Shown here piece by piece: positions 1 through 8,821 of a DNA stretch of 64,000 bases. The DNA comes from Fibrobacterales bacterium (GTDB taxonomy: Bacteria; Fibrobacterota; Fibrobacteria; Fibrobacterales; JAOPTW01), in assembly GCA_051532035.1 (NCBI GenBank), contig JAOPTW010000008.1, positions 96,001 to 160,000 of the forward strand, given 5' to 3'. The translations under genes and the position numbers were made by a program. Numbering within the stretch: position 1 is the first letter of the stretch; each line of letters opens with the position of its first letter. A model generated the notes under the pieces. It searched no databases. It was not told the origin of the DNA and was given only the letters and a program-made list of their open reading frames with translations.

Positions 1-763
1 AACACCTATTTACAATATGAGTCAATTGATCTGGTACACCACGGCGCTTAACATCAAGAACTTCAGGTTCTTTGTTCACATGATTATATGCTATTGCAAG
101 AGGTTTACTCCCGATAAAAGGAGGATTGCCTGTGATCAGCTCATAGAGAATACAACCAACACTGTAAATATCCGTTTGAACATTAAGATCATTGCCTTGG
201 CACTGTTCAGGAGACATATATTCCGGTGTCCCCATTGCCATACCTGTTGTGGTAAGGCGGTCCATATCTTTAATATATGAGATCCCAAAATCAGTAATAT
301 AAATTCTATCAGACTTCGTAACAATAATATTAGAAGGCTTTACATCTCGGTGAATAATTTTAAAACTGTGTGCATACCGCAAGCCTCTACATATCTGTTG
401 CGCATAATTTACTACCAGCGGAAAGTCGAGACGACCTCGTACTTTTAACAGTTCTGAGAGATTGATTCCCGCAACATATTTCATAGCAATAAACTGTTGT
501 TCACCCTCAAACCCATATCCATACACTTGTACAATATTCTGGTGATCAAGTTCTTTCATAGCATTTGCTTCGGCCTCAAAACGCTTGATTTGATCATCGT
601 TTGAGTTAAAGCTATCCATGATTTTTAATGCGACAAGCCTTCCCCCTTTAAAACTATTATCCATAGCTTTAAAGACGTTGCCCATGCCCCCTTTGCCCAA
701 TTTGCTGAGAATCTCAAAATCGCCAAAAGGGCAGGGAAATGTATTACCACCTGTAATTTTCAC
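1..763 (-). CDS. Hanks-type Ser/Thr protein kinase (partial, runs off window start; not in ORF track)
   Basis: Manual translation from GTG at 763: VKITGGNTFPCPFGDFEILSKLGKGGMGNVFKA...VALK...FEAEA...IHRDVKPSN...SDFGIS...MGTPEYMSPEQ. All core kinase motifs are present; AGGA lies upstream. Confidence 0.93.
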   Translation of the reverse strand, partial: MKITGGNTFPCPFGDFEILSKLGKGGMGNVFKAMDNSFKGGRLVALKIMDSFNSNDDQIKRFEAEANAMKELDHQNIVQVYGYGFEGEQQFIAMKYVAGINLSELLKVRGRLDFPLVVNYAQQICRGLRYAHSFKIIHRDVKPSNIIVTKSDRIYITDFGISYIKDMDRLTTTGMAMGTPEYMSPEQCQGNDLNVQTDIYSVGCILYELITGNPPFIGSKPLAIAYNHVNKEPEVLDVKRRGVPDQLTHIVNRC

Positions 764-885
764 TGATATCCTATTCTCTAATTCTGCAGATTGCACGGGT
801 TCTACTGGGTTGGGTCTTTTTATACAACATAACCTTTTTAAAGGCAATTAAACAGGGGTAAAATTTACAAGTCACTGACATAGCA

Positions 886-1287
886 CTAGTTAAGAGAAGG
901 GATAAAGGCGTTTTCATAATGAGTTATTTGAGTTTTACCGTCATCAATCACCTGTATTCCAATGACATCAAATCGCATTGGTACATCCTCTATGTTATTG
1001 AGTGCACAATATTTGTGAGCAATTCTATAGATTTGCTGTTGCTTTTTGAGTGTGACCCACTCTTGTGGGGCACCGGCCTGAACACCTCTCGACGTCTTTA
1101 CCTCAACAAAAACTAACACACCATTAGGGTCATTTGCAATAATATCGAGTTCACCACTCCTCACTCTAAAGTTCTGCTCGCAGATGGAAAACCCTTTATC
1201 ACATAAAAAGCGTACAGCGCACTCTTCACCCATACTCCCTAAGGTCTTGTGATTCCTCTTTTGATTCTCTGGTGACTTATTCTGCAC
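886..1287 (-). CDS. yraN: YraN family (UPF0102) putative endonuclease
   Basis: G..GE..A..FL, NFR...GELDIIA, LVFVEVKT and RFDVI motifs. Probable GTG start at 1287 with GGAGAG upstream (ORF track extends to 1359). Confidence 0.9.
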   Translation of the reverse strand: MQNKSPENQKRNHKTLGSMGEECAVRFLCDKGFSICEQNFRVRSGELDIIANDPNGVLVFVEVKTSRGVQAGAPQEWVTLKKQQQIYRIAHKYCALNNIEDVPMRFDVIGIQVIDDGKTQITHYENAFIPSLN

Positions 1288-2428
1288 TTGGAGCGTTCTC
1301 TCCACTCTCTTTTTTAACAAAATAGACCATAGTAGCCACCCCAAGAAGCATAAAAACAACTGCTACAATTGCGGTAGTGGTATCGCCTGGGAGGGTATTA
1401 ATGTTGGTATAGGCCTTAAAGCCCTTAACAACGTCAACAGTACTTCCCGCTTTAACATAGTTATCCATAACGATAAATTCTTTGAAAGGCCAGAGCGGGT
1501 AGAGGGATCCGGCAATAAGTCCCACTAAAAAACTAATAGTTGTATCGTGATATCTATTGAGTACAAACTCAATGAGTCGTGAAAAACCGAGAAGCCCAAT
1601 GACAAGCCCCAGTGCCATAACCCCTAAGAATATAAGGTAATCGATATTAACAAAATGCTCAATAAGAAGATCTGTCTGAAATGCTGCAATTGCAGAGACG
1701 ACCGCAAAATATTGCCCCAGAAGTATCAACACCAACGAACCACTTACTCCAGGGAGTACCATTGCTGAAATCGCAAGTGCTCCTGCGACAAAAATAAAGA
1801 GAAGTTCTCCCATTGAATATTTATGAGTAAAACGAAAGAAGGAGTCATTAACCACAGGAGTTTCGTTACTCCCTTGAGTGAGTACTTCAGAAGCATTCTC
1901 TGCGTCATAGCGTACTTGCATGAGCGCAGATTTCTTTGCAACTTTTTCTGCCGGATTTACTTGTGCAGCGACACCAACCGTTAGTGCAATGCCAGCAATA
2001 AGAGCCACAATTTGAACGATGCCTTTCTTTTTTATGAATTTATAAGGGATCAAAATTGAGAGAATAATTAAACCAAAAAAGTAGGCATAGGTAAACTCAA
2101 AGTGATTCACCAGTAAAAAAGCCATCAGTTTTGAAAGTGCAAGAATACTGAGCGCCGCCCCAAGGAGAATCATCATTATAAAAGGATAATCGTTCTCTTT
2201 TAACCAAGTGACGAGCTCATTAAATGCCTCTTTTTTAAATCCACTCGTGACCCAATTAATTTTTAGAGTAAGGCCTCTCTTAAGAGTAGTACCATTAATA
2301 GAATTGATACATTTAATAAGACGCTCATAGACGCCAAAAATAAGAGCAAATGTTCCACCGGAAACTCCTGGAATCAAGTTTGCAATGCCAATTATAAATC
2401 CTGTTACGATATGTTTAATTTCAAACAC
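1277..2428 (-). CDS. DUF368 family membrane protein (putative undecaprenyl-phosphate translocase)
   Basis: Two GxxxxxPGVSG repeats (ANLIPGVSGGT; AMVLPGVSGSL) and many TM helices. Probable GTG start at 2428. Confidence 0.85.
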   Translation of the reverse strand: MFEIKHIVTGFIIGIANLIPGVSGGTFALIFGVYERLIKCINSINGTTLKRGLTLKINWVTSGFKKEAFNELVTWLKENDYPFIMMILLGAALSILALSKLMAFLLVNHFEFTYAYFFGLIILSILIPYKFIKKKGIVQIVALIAGIALTVGVAAQVNPAEKVAKKSALMQVRYDAENASEVLTQGSNETPVVNDSFFRFTHKYSMGELLFIFVAGALAISAMVLPGVSGSLVLILLGQYFAVVSAIAAFQTDLLIEHFVNIDYLIFLGVMALGLVIGLLGFSRLIEFVLNRYHDTTISFLVGLIAGSLYPLWPFKEFIVMDNYVKAGSTVDVVKGFKAYTNINTLPGDTTTAIVAVVFMLLGVATMVYFVKKESGENAPSAE

Positions 2429-3062
2429 GGTTAACCTTTTGTATTGTGTGAATCTCAGTACTACACGAAGTACCATTGAGGGTAAATGTCTCGGTAGTAC
2501 TCGAAACAGTCAAACTCTTCTCTTTATAAAACCGATCGACCACTGACTCTTTCCCAAAACGTGCGGGGTCTGCAAGATAGAGTGATCCATTTTTGGTTAG
2601 GTGCAAATCTACAAATTTTATAACAGCCTCAGCAAGGTATTCCTCATATAAAATATCAGAAGCAAAGATGAGATCAAATTGAGTATTAAAACAGCTCGCT
2701 CCAATATCAAACGAAAGAAAATATCTAGGGAAAGCCGCCCCACTTACCACTCCCTGACAAAAAGAAACCGCTTCTGCCATGAGATCACTATGAGTGATAT
2801 GCCCACTATTCGTTTGAAGCATCTGCGCAAGCATTCCGCCTCCACACCCTATCTCGATACTATTATGCAAATCTATCTTGTTGCGCTTAAAAAAAAGATA
2901 GAGCCCAAATGCAGCATTCCATGAATCAAGCCAATAAGGAAAAAAACGATCATCACGCTCATGTCGTTTCCACTGCTCTTTGATTACCGCATCACTCTTT
3001 ATAGGGCACTGTAACGTGAATGTTTCATCATTCAATACAAAGTGTTCGTTCTTACTCTCCAT
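2421..3062 (-). CDS. Class I SAM-dependent methyltransferase (Methyltransf_16-like)
   Basis: PYW..W, IEIGCGGG, FDLIFASDILYE and LADP.R motifs. Probable ATG at 3062. Confidence 0.8.
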   Translation of the reverse strand: MESKNEHFVLNDETFTLQCPIKSDAVIKEQWKRHERDDRFFPYWLDSWNAAFGLYLFFKRNKIDLHNSIEIGCGGGMLAQMLQTNSGHITHSDLMAEAVSFCQGVVSGAAFPRYFLSFDIGASCFNTQFDLIFASDILYEEYLAEAVIKFVDLHLTKNGSLYLADPARFGKESVVDRFYKEKSLTVSSTTETFTLNGTSCSTEIHTIQKVNRV

Positions 3063-3402
3063 CTCTATCCATTGTGTCATTAAACCACTTGTGGTACTCA
3101 CTACTCATTGAATCAATAGAGACTACAACAAATTCTGGCACATCATACGGATGTACTCTTTGAAAAAGTGATTCGATGTCTGAGAGTGACCTTTTGTGAG
3201 TCTTTATCATTAAACAATACTCTGTACTCTGCTCAACAGTCCCTTTCCACTCATAGAAACTCGTTACCCCTGGCAAAATTTGCACACAGGCAGCGACAGT
3301 ACTTTCAATAAGTATTTTGGAAAGTTCAAGCGCGCTTTCATGGGTGTTAGTTGTTGAATAGACGACAACATACTCTTTATCTATTAATGATTGAATACTC
3401 AT
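3052..3402 (-). CDS. cutA: Divalent-cation tolerance protein CutA
   Basis: AACVQI, S.YEWKG.VE and HPYDVPE motifs. Confidence 0.93.
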   Translation of the reverse strand: MSIQSLIDKEYVVVYSTTNTHESALELSKILIESTVAACVQILPGVTSFYEWKGTVEQSTEYCLMIKTHKRSLSDIESLFQRVHPYDVPEFVVVSIDSMSSEYHKWFNDTMDRDGE

Positions 3403-3404
3403 AC

Positions 3405-4961
3405 TTAGTAGGCCGGTGATACCGTTAGGTTTAAATTGTACGTATTGAGGCTCCCAGACACCGCAAATTGTATGCGGGTAAGAAAGAGATTAGACTTTCT
3501 CATTCTCAACCCAATAGCAAATGATGAACGCAAATTATCATTCCAGAGCTTATCGGCTGAATATAATGTTGGGGCAACGGTCGCGAGGTCGACAGAGAAA
3601 GTCCCAGCCATTAACCGGATTAAAGGAAATCGATACTCCATACTTGCAGCCATATATGCCTTATCAACTCCAGCGCGGCCATAAGCCCTCAATGGTGTTT
3701 CGTTACTAATGCTACTATACCCTTTAAAAAAACCCATACCAGGCACCACCTCCCACATTTGTCTCATTTTCCACTGAAACACAAGAACTTTACGCTGTAG
3801 AAAGTTTTTTTCTAACCGTTGAACCTTAAAAATATCAAGGAGATTCGAAACATTAAGGTTTTTTAAAAAACGGACATTATCTCTATCTTCACTTTTCGAA
3901 AAGTTATATGATTGCTCACCCAACAGGAGGTATTTTTGAAACTTAAGGTCGGCTGAATGAGTATTATGATTCAAGGGCGAATCTATAATATCACTTTTAT
4001 TTTGCACATCTGAATAGCCATACCCAACACTGATTCGATACCCTCGAGTCGGCATATGTTGAAAATCTGTCGTTGATTTACTCAGTGATCCATAATATAT
4101 ATGATTTTTATATTTTCGATAATCTTCGGGAAAACCACGCTGCACTAACGACGGTGGTGGTTCATTCTTCTCCACTGTAGATGTGTTTGTACTCGTATTA
4201 AAAAATGGGTCATAAAATTCAGGATGTTCCTGAGCCACCTGTGCATTGATACCCCACCCCCAAATAAGAGGATGGGAAAGCTCTGCTCGAAATGTAAATG
4301 TCGAGTCTCCGAAGATATATTCTTCGCCCGTCCCCGGATAGAGAAACGTATCCCCTTTTTTATTATTGACTTTAAACTCAGCAAAGAAACCCAAATTACT
4401 ACCAAAGAGTTTAGATCGCTTATACTTAGCCCGCATTCTCCAATCGCCATTTAAATATTTCGCGTAATTCAGGCGAAGCGCATCGTGATGGTCATCGCCC
4501 ATCAACCTAAAGTGACGATATGAGAATCCAATCAGTGAACCTGGGCCCGACATAATTTTTGCAACAGGAGTTATTATGAGATTCTCTCGTGGTCCAAAAG
4601 TAACGAGATCTATCGCCTTATTTATAATTTTCTCTTGAAACACATAGTTCATTGGGGGGCGAATAGGAGCAATGGCAACAGTAACAATTGGTTCTACTAG
4701 GTTTTCGAAGGGCCAGGCGAGTATCTCTATTGCTAGGGTACGCGAGTAGTGAATAATACTATCCACATTGACCAGACTCGAATCCGAGTCACTGCGAGTA
4801 GAATCTTCCATAGAAGGAACAGTATTTTTAGTAGAGAGATCATTCATAGTGGACATATCTATAGCACCATGATTTTGAGCTATTGAGCTCAACACACACA
4901 CCAAAATGCAAACCACTATGTTTCGAATGTTCACCATTTCTATCACACTTTTACTTATCAC
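3405..4961 (-). CDS. Omp85 (BamA/TamA-like) outer-membrane beta-barrel protein, apparently without POTRA domains
   Basis: Signal-like N-terminus, amphipathic beta strands, PTRG, LRAY (lid-lock-like), EYRFP and terminal aromatic residue. Start is uncertain. Confidence 0.6.
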   Translation of the reverse strand: MISKSVIEMVNIRNIVVCILVCVLSSIAQNHGAIDMSTMNDLSTKNTVPSMEDSTRSDSDSSLVNVDSIIHYSRTLAIEILAWPFENLVEPIVTVAIAPIRPPMNYVFQEKIINKAIDLVTFGPRENLIITPVAKIMSGPGSLIGFSYRHFRLMGDDHHDALRLNYAKYLNGDWRMRAKYKRSKLFGSNLGFFAEFKVNNKKGDTFLYPGTGEEYIFGDSTFTFRAELSHPLIWGWGINAQVAQEHPEFYDPFFNTSTNTSTVEKNEPPPSLVQRGFPEDYRKYKNHIYYGSLSKSTTDFQHMPTRGYRISVGYGYSDVQNKSDIIDSPLNHNTHSADLKFQKYLLLGEQSYNFSKSEDRDNVRFLKNLNVSNLLDIFKVQRLEKNFLQRKVLVFQWKMRQMWEVVPGMGFFKGYSSISNETPLRAYGRAGVDKAYMAASMEYRFPLIRLMAGTFSVDLATVAPTLYSADKLWNDNLRSSFAIGLRMRKSNLFLTRIQFAVSGSLNTYNLNLTVSPAY

Positions 4962-5124
4962 TTTTAAATATAGCCAAAATTATAGTACTGGCGCCCTTTA
5001 ACCGTTGTGTATTGAGCCTCATTGAGGCCTCACCAAAATCCACACTCGCTCTCTTTTCTTTAAAATAGCTAGTTTTTATAGATTTCGAGACACAATGAAC
5101 GCATTTAAATACATTTAACACTAT

Positions 5125-7569
5125 ATGAGTATATTAATTTGCCGACTGCTCCATTCAGTCCATAAACGCCCTCTGACCGTACTAACGATCTCTTTGATAG
5201 TCTCTCTGTTTGCACTCTATCAGGCGTCACACCTCCAGCTCAACTTACGACTTCTCGATCTTTTTCCTGACGAGCAGCCTGCTACTATCGCCGCTAAAAA
5301 ACTACAGGAAAATTTTGGCGGATTTGGCACTCTCGATGTAATTGTCCAATCCAATTCCCCAGAGAGCAACCACCGTATTATCACTTCTTTGGAACAAAAG
5401 CTCACCGATACAACCCTCATAAATTTTGTTGAGTACAAGACAGAAGCTGCCTTTTTTCTCAAATATCGTCTTCTCTATATATCTCTTGCAGACCTCGAGC
5501 TCGTCCGAGACAGAGTCACCACACTCGCCCATGACATTCGCAAAACTCGCCACCCCTTTGTGGTGCAGCTCAGCGATCCTTCGAGTGAATCCATAGACTC
5601 ACTTATGAGAGACACCACCCTACAATTTGCAGACATTGAAGATAAATACTCCCATTCACTGAAAGAACACCTTGGCACTCATGATCAAGCCATTCAACTT
5701 CTTAAAATTTACCCCGACTTTGATGTCACTGATGTCAATAAGTCACTCACCCTCTTTAACTATGTAAAAAAGCAACTCTCCTCCATCGATACAACAGGAA
5801 CCTCTATTCACTATGCCGGAGAGATCTATACCAATATTTTGTCTGAAGGGAAACTTGTCAGCGAGCTAAAACGGTCAGCCTGGATCCCCATGGCTATTAT
5901 TCTCGCATTTCTACTCTTCTACTTTTATCGTCAACCCATGATCCCTCTCCTCACCATCATTCCTGTCGGTATTGGCGTTATCTGGACTCTTGGGGTCTTC
6001 GCACTCTCTCGTAAAAATCTCGACATGACCAGCCTCCTCTTGGCAATTGTCATTGTTGGGCTAGGAGTCGACTCCGTTGTCTACCTCCTCTCTCGTTATG
6101 GCGAGGAACGCCGGAAAGGACTTGGACCTGAAATAGCCTTCGAGAATATTATACTCGAAACAGGCCCGGCCGTAACCACCTCTTCCTTCACCACTGCCGC
6201 CTCTTTTTTCTGTATCGCCCTTATCCCCTTCCCCGCCTTTCATACCATCGGCATTTATGGGGGCATCGGCATCATCTGTCTCTGGCTCTCAGTTATGCTT
6301 AACTTCCCCTGTATTTTGATTCTCATACAACGCTTTCATGTTTTTAAAGTGTACGGCAAAAAGATCTACAACCACATACAGTTTAGAAGACGCCCCTTTA
6401 CCCTTTGGAAACTCCCCATCCCCTTTTTACTGGCACTCTTCCTCTTCCTTGGTTTTTATGGGTTCTACCCACAATTTGAATATGATTTTGATAAACTTGG
6501 ATTCGTAAATGAAAACAGATATGCTGAATCACTTCTCAAAAAGGCCGGTGAAGAGTATACGGAACCTGCTGTATTTATTGCCAACAATGATACCGAAGCG
6601 ACACAACTTGTGGCACACCTTCAAGGCTTAAAAAGTAGCCCTCAAAGTACTATTCGAAAGATCATATCCTATCACTCACTCCTCCCCTTTCACCAAGATG
6701 AGAAGCTCGAGATTATTGATGAACTCAAAGAGATTCTCACCCCTCAAATTCGATCACAACTTACCCCCGAGCTCCTTACCACTACAGAAAAATTGACTGA
6801 CTACTGGAATGTAGCCCCCCTGCACCAAGATGAGCTTCCCGAAAGCATTAAACGAAAATTTATGGGTCGCAATGAAAAACTCAGTAAGTTTATCTTTGTA
6901 TTCCCTAAAGCAAAGACCAATGATGGACTTGCTGCACGTAGATTTAGAAATGAAATTGGTGCTATAACCCTCGACTCATCAACACTTTACGCTACAGGTA
7001 AAGCGATCCTCACGGCGGATTTTCTCGACTTAACCCTCCCTCACTTAGGAAGAGTCCTTTTTTGGTCACTACTCGCTATTGGTCTTATTCTCTACATAGA
7101 CTCCCGAAGCTTAAAAAACACATTGATACTCCTTATTCCCGTTCTGATTGGGGGTTTTATCTTTATCGGAGTCCTCAACCTCTTGGGGTTAAAGTTCAAC
7201 TCCATCAGCATCATTATCTTCCCTCTCTTTTTAGGACTTGCTTCTGATGCAACCATCCATCTGTACTTCCGCTACCAAGAAGAGCAATCGGGCTCCCTCT
7301 TTTTTGTCCTGTTACGAACAGGGACCACCGTCGCAATAGCAATATTTACCTCAGTCATTGGCTTTATTGGGCTGCTCTTCGCCTCACATGGTGGGCTCTA
7401 CAGCTTAGGAATCATGATATTCATAGCATTTTTCATCACACTTTTAGTCGCTTTTATCATCTTTCCTATGGTGATGGGCTTTTTTGACAACAGTCGATGG
7501 AATAAAAGACTCAAAAGGCTCAAATTGAAAGATGAAATTGAGTCTCCAAATCCTCCAACTTTTTACTAA
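5125..7569 (+). CDS. MMPL/RND family lipid transporter (HpnN-like)
   Basis: Two repeats of TM plus large periplasmic loop plus TM cluster; GLGVD...RY.EE and GLASD...RYQEE motifs. Confidence 0.85.
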   Translation: MSILICRLLHSVHKRPLTVLTISLIVSLFALYQASHLQLNLRLLDLFPDEQPATIAAKKLQENFGGFGTLDVIVQSNSPESNHRIITSLEQKLTDTTLINFVEYKTEAAFFLKYRLLYISLADLELVRDRVTTLAHDIRKTRHPFVVQLSDPSSESIDSLMRDTTLQFADIEDKYSHSLKEHLGTHDQAIQLLKIYPDFDVTDVNKSLTLFNYVKKQLSSIDTTGTSIHYAGEIYTNILSEGKLVSELKRSAWIPMAIILAFLLFYFYRQPMIPLLTIIPVGIGVIWTLGVFALSRKNLDMTSLLLAIVIVGLGVDSVVYLLSRYGEERRKGLGPEIAFENIILETGPAVTTSSFTTAASFFCIALIPFPAFHTIGIYGGIGIICLWLSVMLNFPCILILIQRFHVFKVYGKKIYNHIQFRRRPFTLWKLPIPFLLALFLFLGFYGFYPQFEYDFDKLGFVNENRYAESLLKKAGEEYTEPAVFIANNDTEATQLVAHLQGLKSSPQSTIRKIISYHSLLPFHQDEKLEIIDELKEILTPQIRSQLTPELLTTTEKLTDYWNVAPLHQDELPESIKRKFMGRNEKLSKFIFVFPKAKTNDGLAARRFRNEIGAITLDSSTLYATGKAILTADFLDLTLPHLGRVLFWSLLAIGLILYIDSRSLKNTLILLIPVLIGGFIFIGVLNLLGLKFNSISIIIFPLFLGLASDATIHLYFRYQEEQSGSLFFVLLRTGTTVAIAIFTSVIGFIGLLFASHGGLYSLGIMIFIAFFITLLVAFIIFPMVMGFFDNSRWNKRLKRLKLKDEIESPNPPTFY

Positions 7570-7617
7570 GTTTCCGATGTAAAGAATCAACATGTTTCAC
7601 ACTATTACACGGTTACT

Positions 7618-8814
7618 ATGAAAAAATTAGCTGGGCGATTAAACAGAGTTTCACCATCACTTACTGTTGCAATAGACAGTAAAGCGAAGGCATTAAAGGC
7701 AGAAGGGAAAGATGTTATTGGACTTGCCGCAGGCGAACCCGACTTTGACACCCCTGACTACATTAAAGCAGCTGCAATCGAATCAATCAACGATGGTAAA
7801 ACTAAATACACCCCACCAGCGGGTATTTTAGCGGTCAAAGAGTCAATTTGTAAGAAATTTAAGAACGAAAACAATCTTACTTATACTCCGAGTCAAATTG
7901 TAATCTCTAGTGGTGCGAAGCACTGTATTTCAAATATTCTGACTGCACTTATTGAAGAAGGTGATGAAGTCATTATTCCCGCACCTTTTTGGGTAACCTA
8001 CCCTGAGCTTGTTAAACTGTATGGTGGAACGCCTGTTATCGTTTCTGCCGGCATTGAAAATGAGTTTAAAATAACTCCAGAGCAACTCAAAGCTGCAGTA
8101 ACTGATAAAACAAAAATGGTTGTACTCAATAGCCCTGTGAATCCCACTGGTGCTGTTTATACCGAAGAAGAGCTTAAAGCTTTTGCTGATGTTATCGTTG
8201 AAAATGACCTCTACTGTATGAGTGATGAAATTTACGAACACCTCATCTACGACTCATACAAGCATGTCTCTATAGCATCGTTCAATAAAGAAATTTACGA
8301 TAGAACTATTGTTATTAATGGAGTATCAAAAGCCTTTGCCATGACTGGATGGCGCATCGGGTATATCGGTGCTTCTGAAGAGATTGCAAAAGCGATTTCA
8401 AAAGTACAAGGCCAAGCGACACACCACCCTGCAAATGCCTCACAATTTGCTGCCAAGGCAGCTCTTGATGGGTCGCTTGAGAGTGTTGAAATGATGCGTA
8501 CCGCATTTGTTGAGCGTCGAAATTGGCTCATTGAAGCCTTAGGCAACATTGAAGGCGTACAAGTATGCATGCCCCATGGTGCTTTTTATGCATTCCCTAA
8601 CCTGTCTTCGTATATCGGGAAATCCTTTGAAGGTACAGTTATGGAAAGCTCTATTGACCTCTGTGCATTCCTACTGGACCAAGAGCTTCTCGCACTCGTT
8701 CCCGGAGATGCATTTGGCGCCCCTGGTTGCGTACGACTCTCTTATGCAACCGACCTCAAAACCATTGAGACAGCTGTCGACAGGCTTAAGAGCGGGCTGA
8801 GCAAGCTCGTATAA
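7618..8814 (+). CDS. aspC: Aspartate aminotransferase (class I/II PLP-dependent)
   Basis: GEPDFDTP, NSPVNPTG, SDEIYE and SKAFAMTGWRIGY motifs. Confidence 0.88.
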   Translation: MKKLAGRLNRVSPSLTVAIDSKAKALKAEGKDVIGLAAGEPDFDTPDYIKAAAIESINDGKTKYTPPAGILAVKESICKKFKNENNLTYTPSQIVISSGAKHCISNILTALIEEGDEVIIPAPFWVTYPELVKLYGGTPVIVSAGIENEFKITPEQLKAAVTDKTKMVVLNSPVNPTGAVYTEEELKAFADVIVENDLYCMSDEIYEHLIYDSYKHVSIASFNKEIYDRTIVINGVSKAFAMTGWRIGYIGASEEIAKAISKVQGQATHHPANASQFAAKAALDGSLESVEMMRTAFVERRNWLIEALGNIEGVQVCMPHGAFYAFPNLSSYIGKSFEGTVMESSIDLCAFLLDQELLALVPGDAFGAPGCVRLSYATDLKTIETAVDRLKSGLSKLV

Positions 8815-8821
8815 TAGTCGT

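Noticed and set aside
17..851. ORFs 17-280, 136-324 and 618-851
   Set aside because: Antisense or off-frame shadows of the kinase gene at 1-763.
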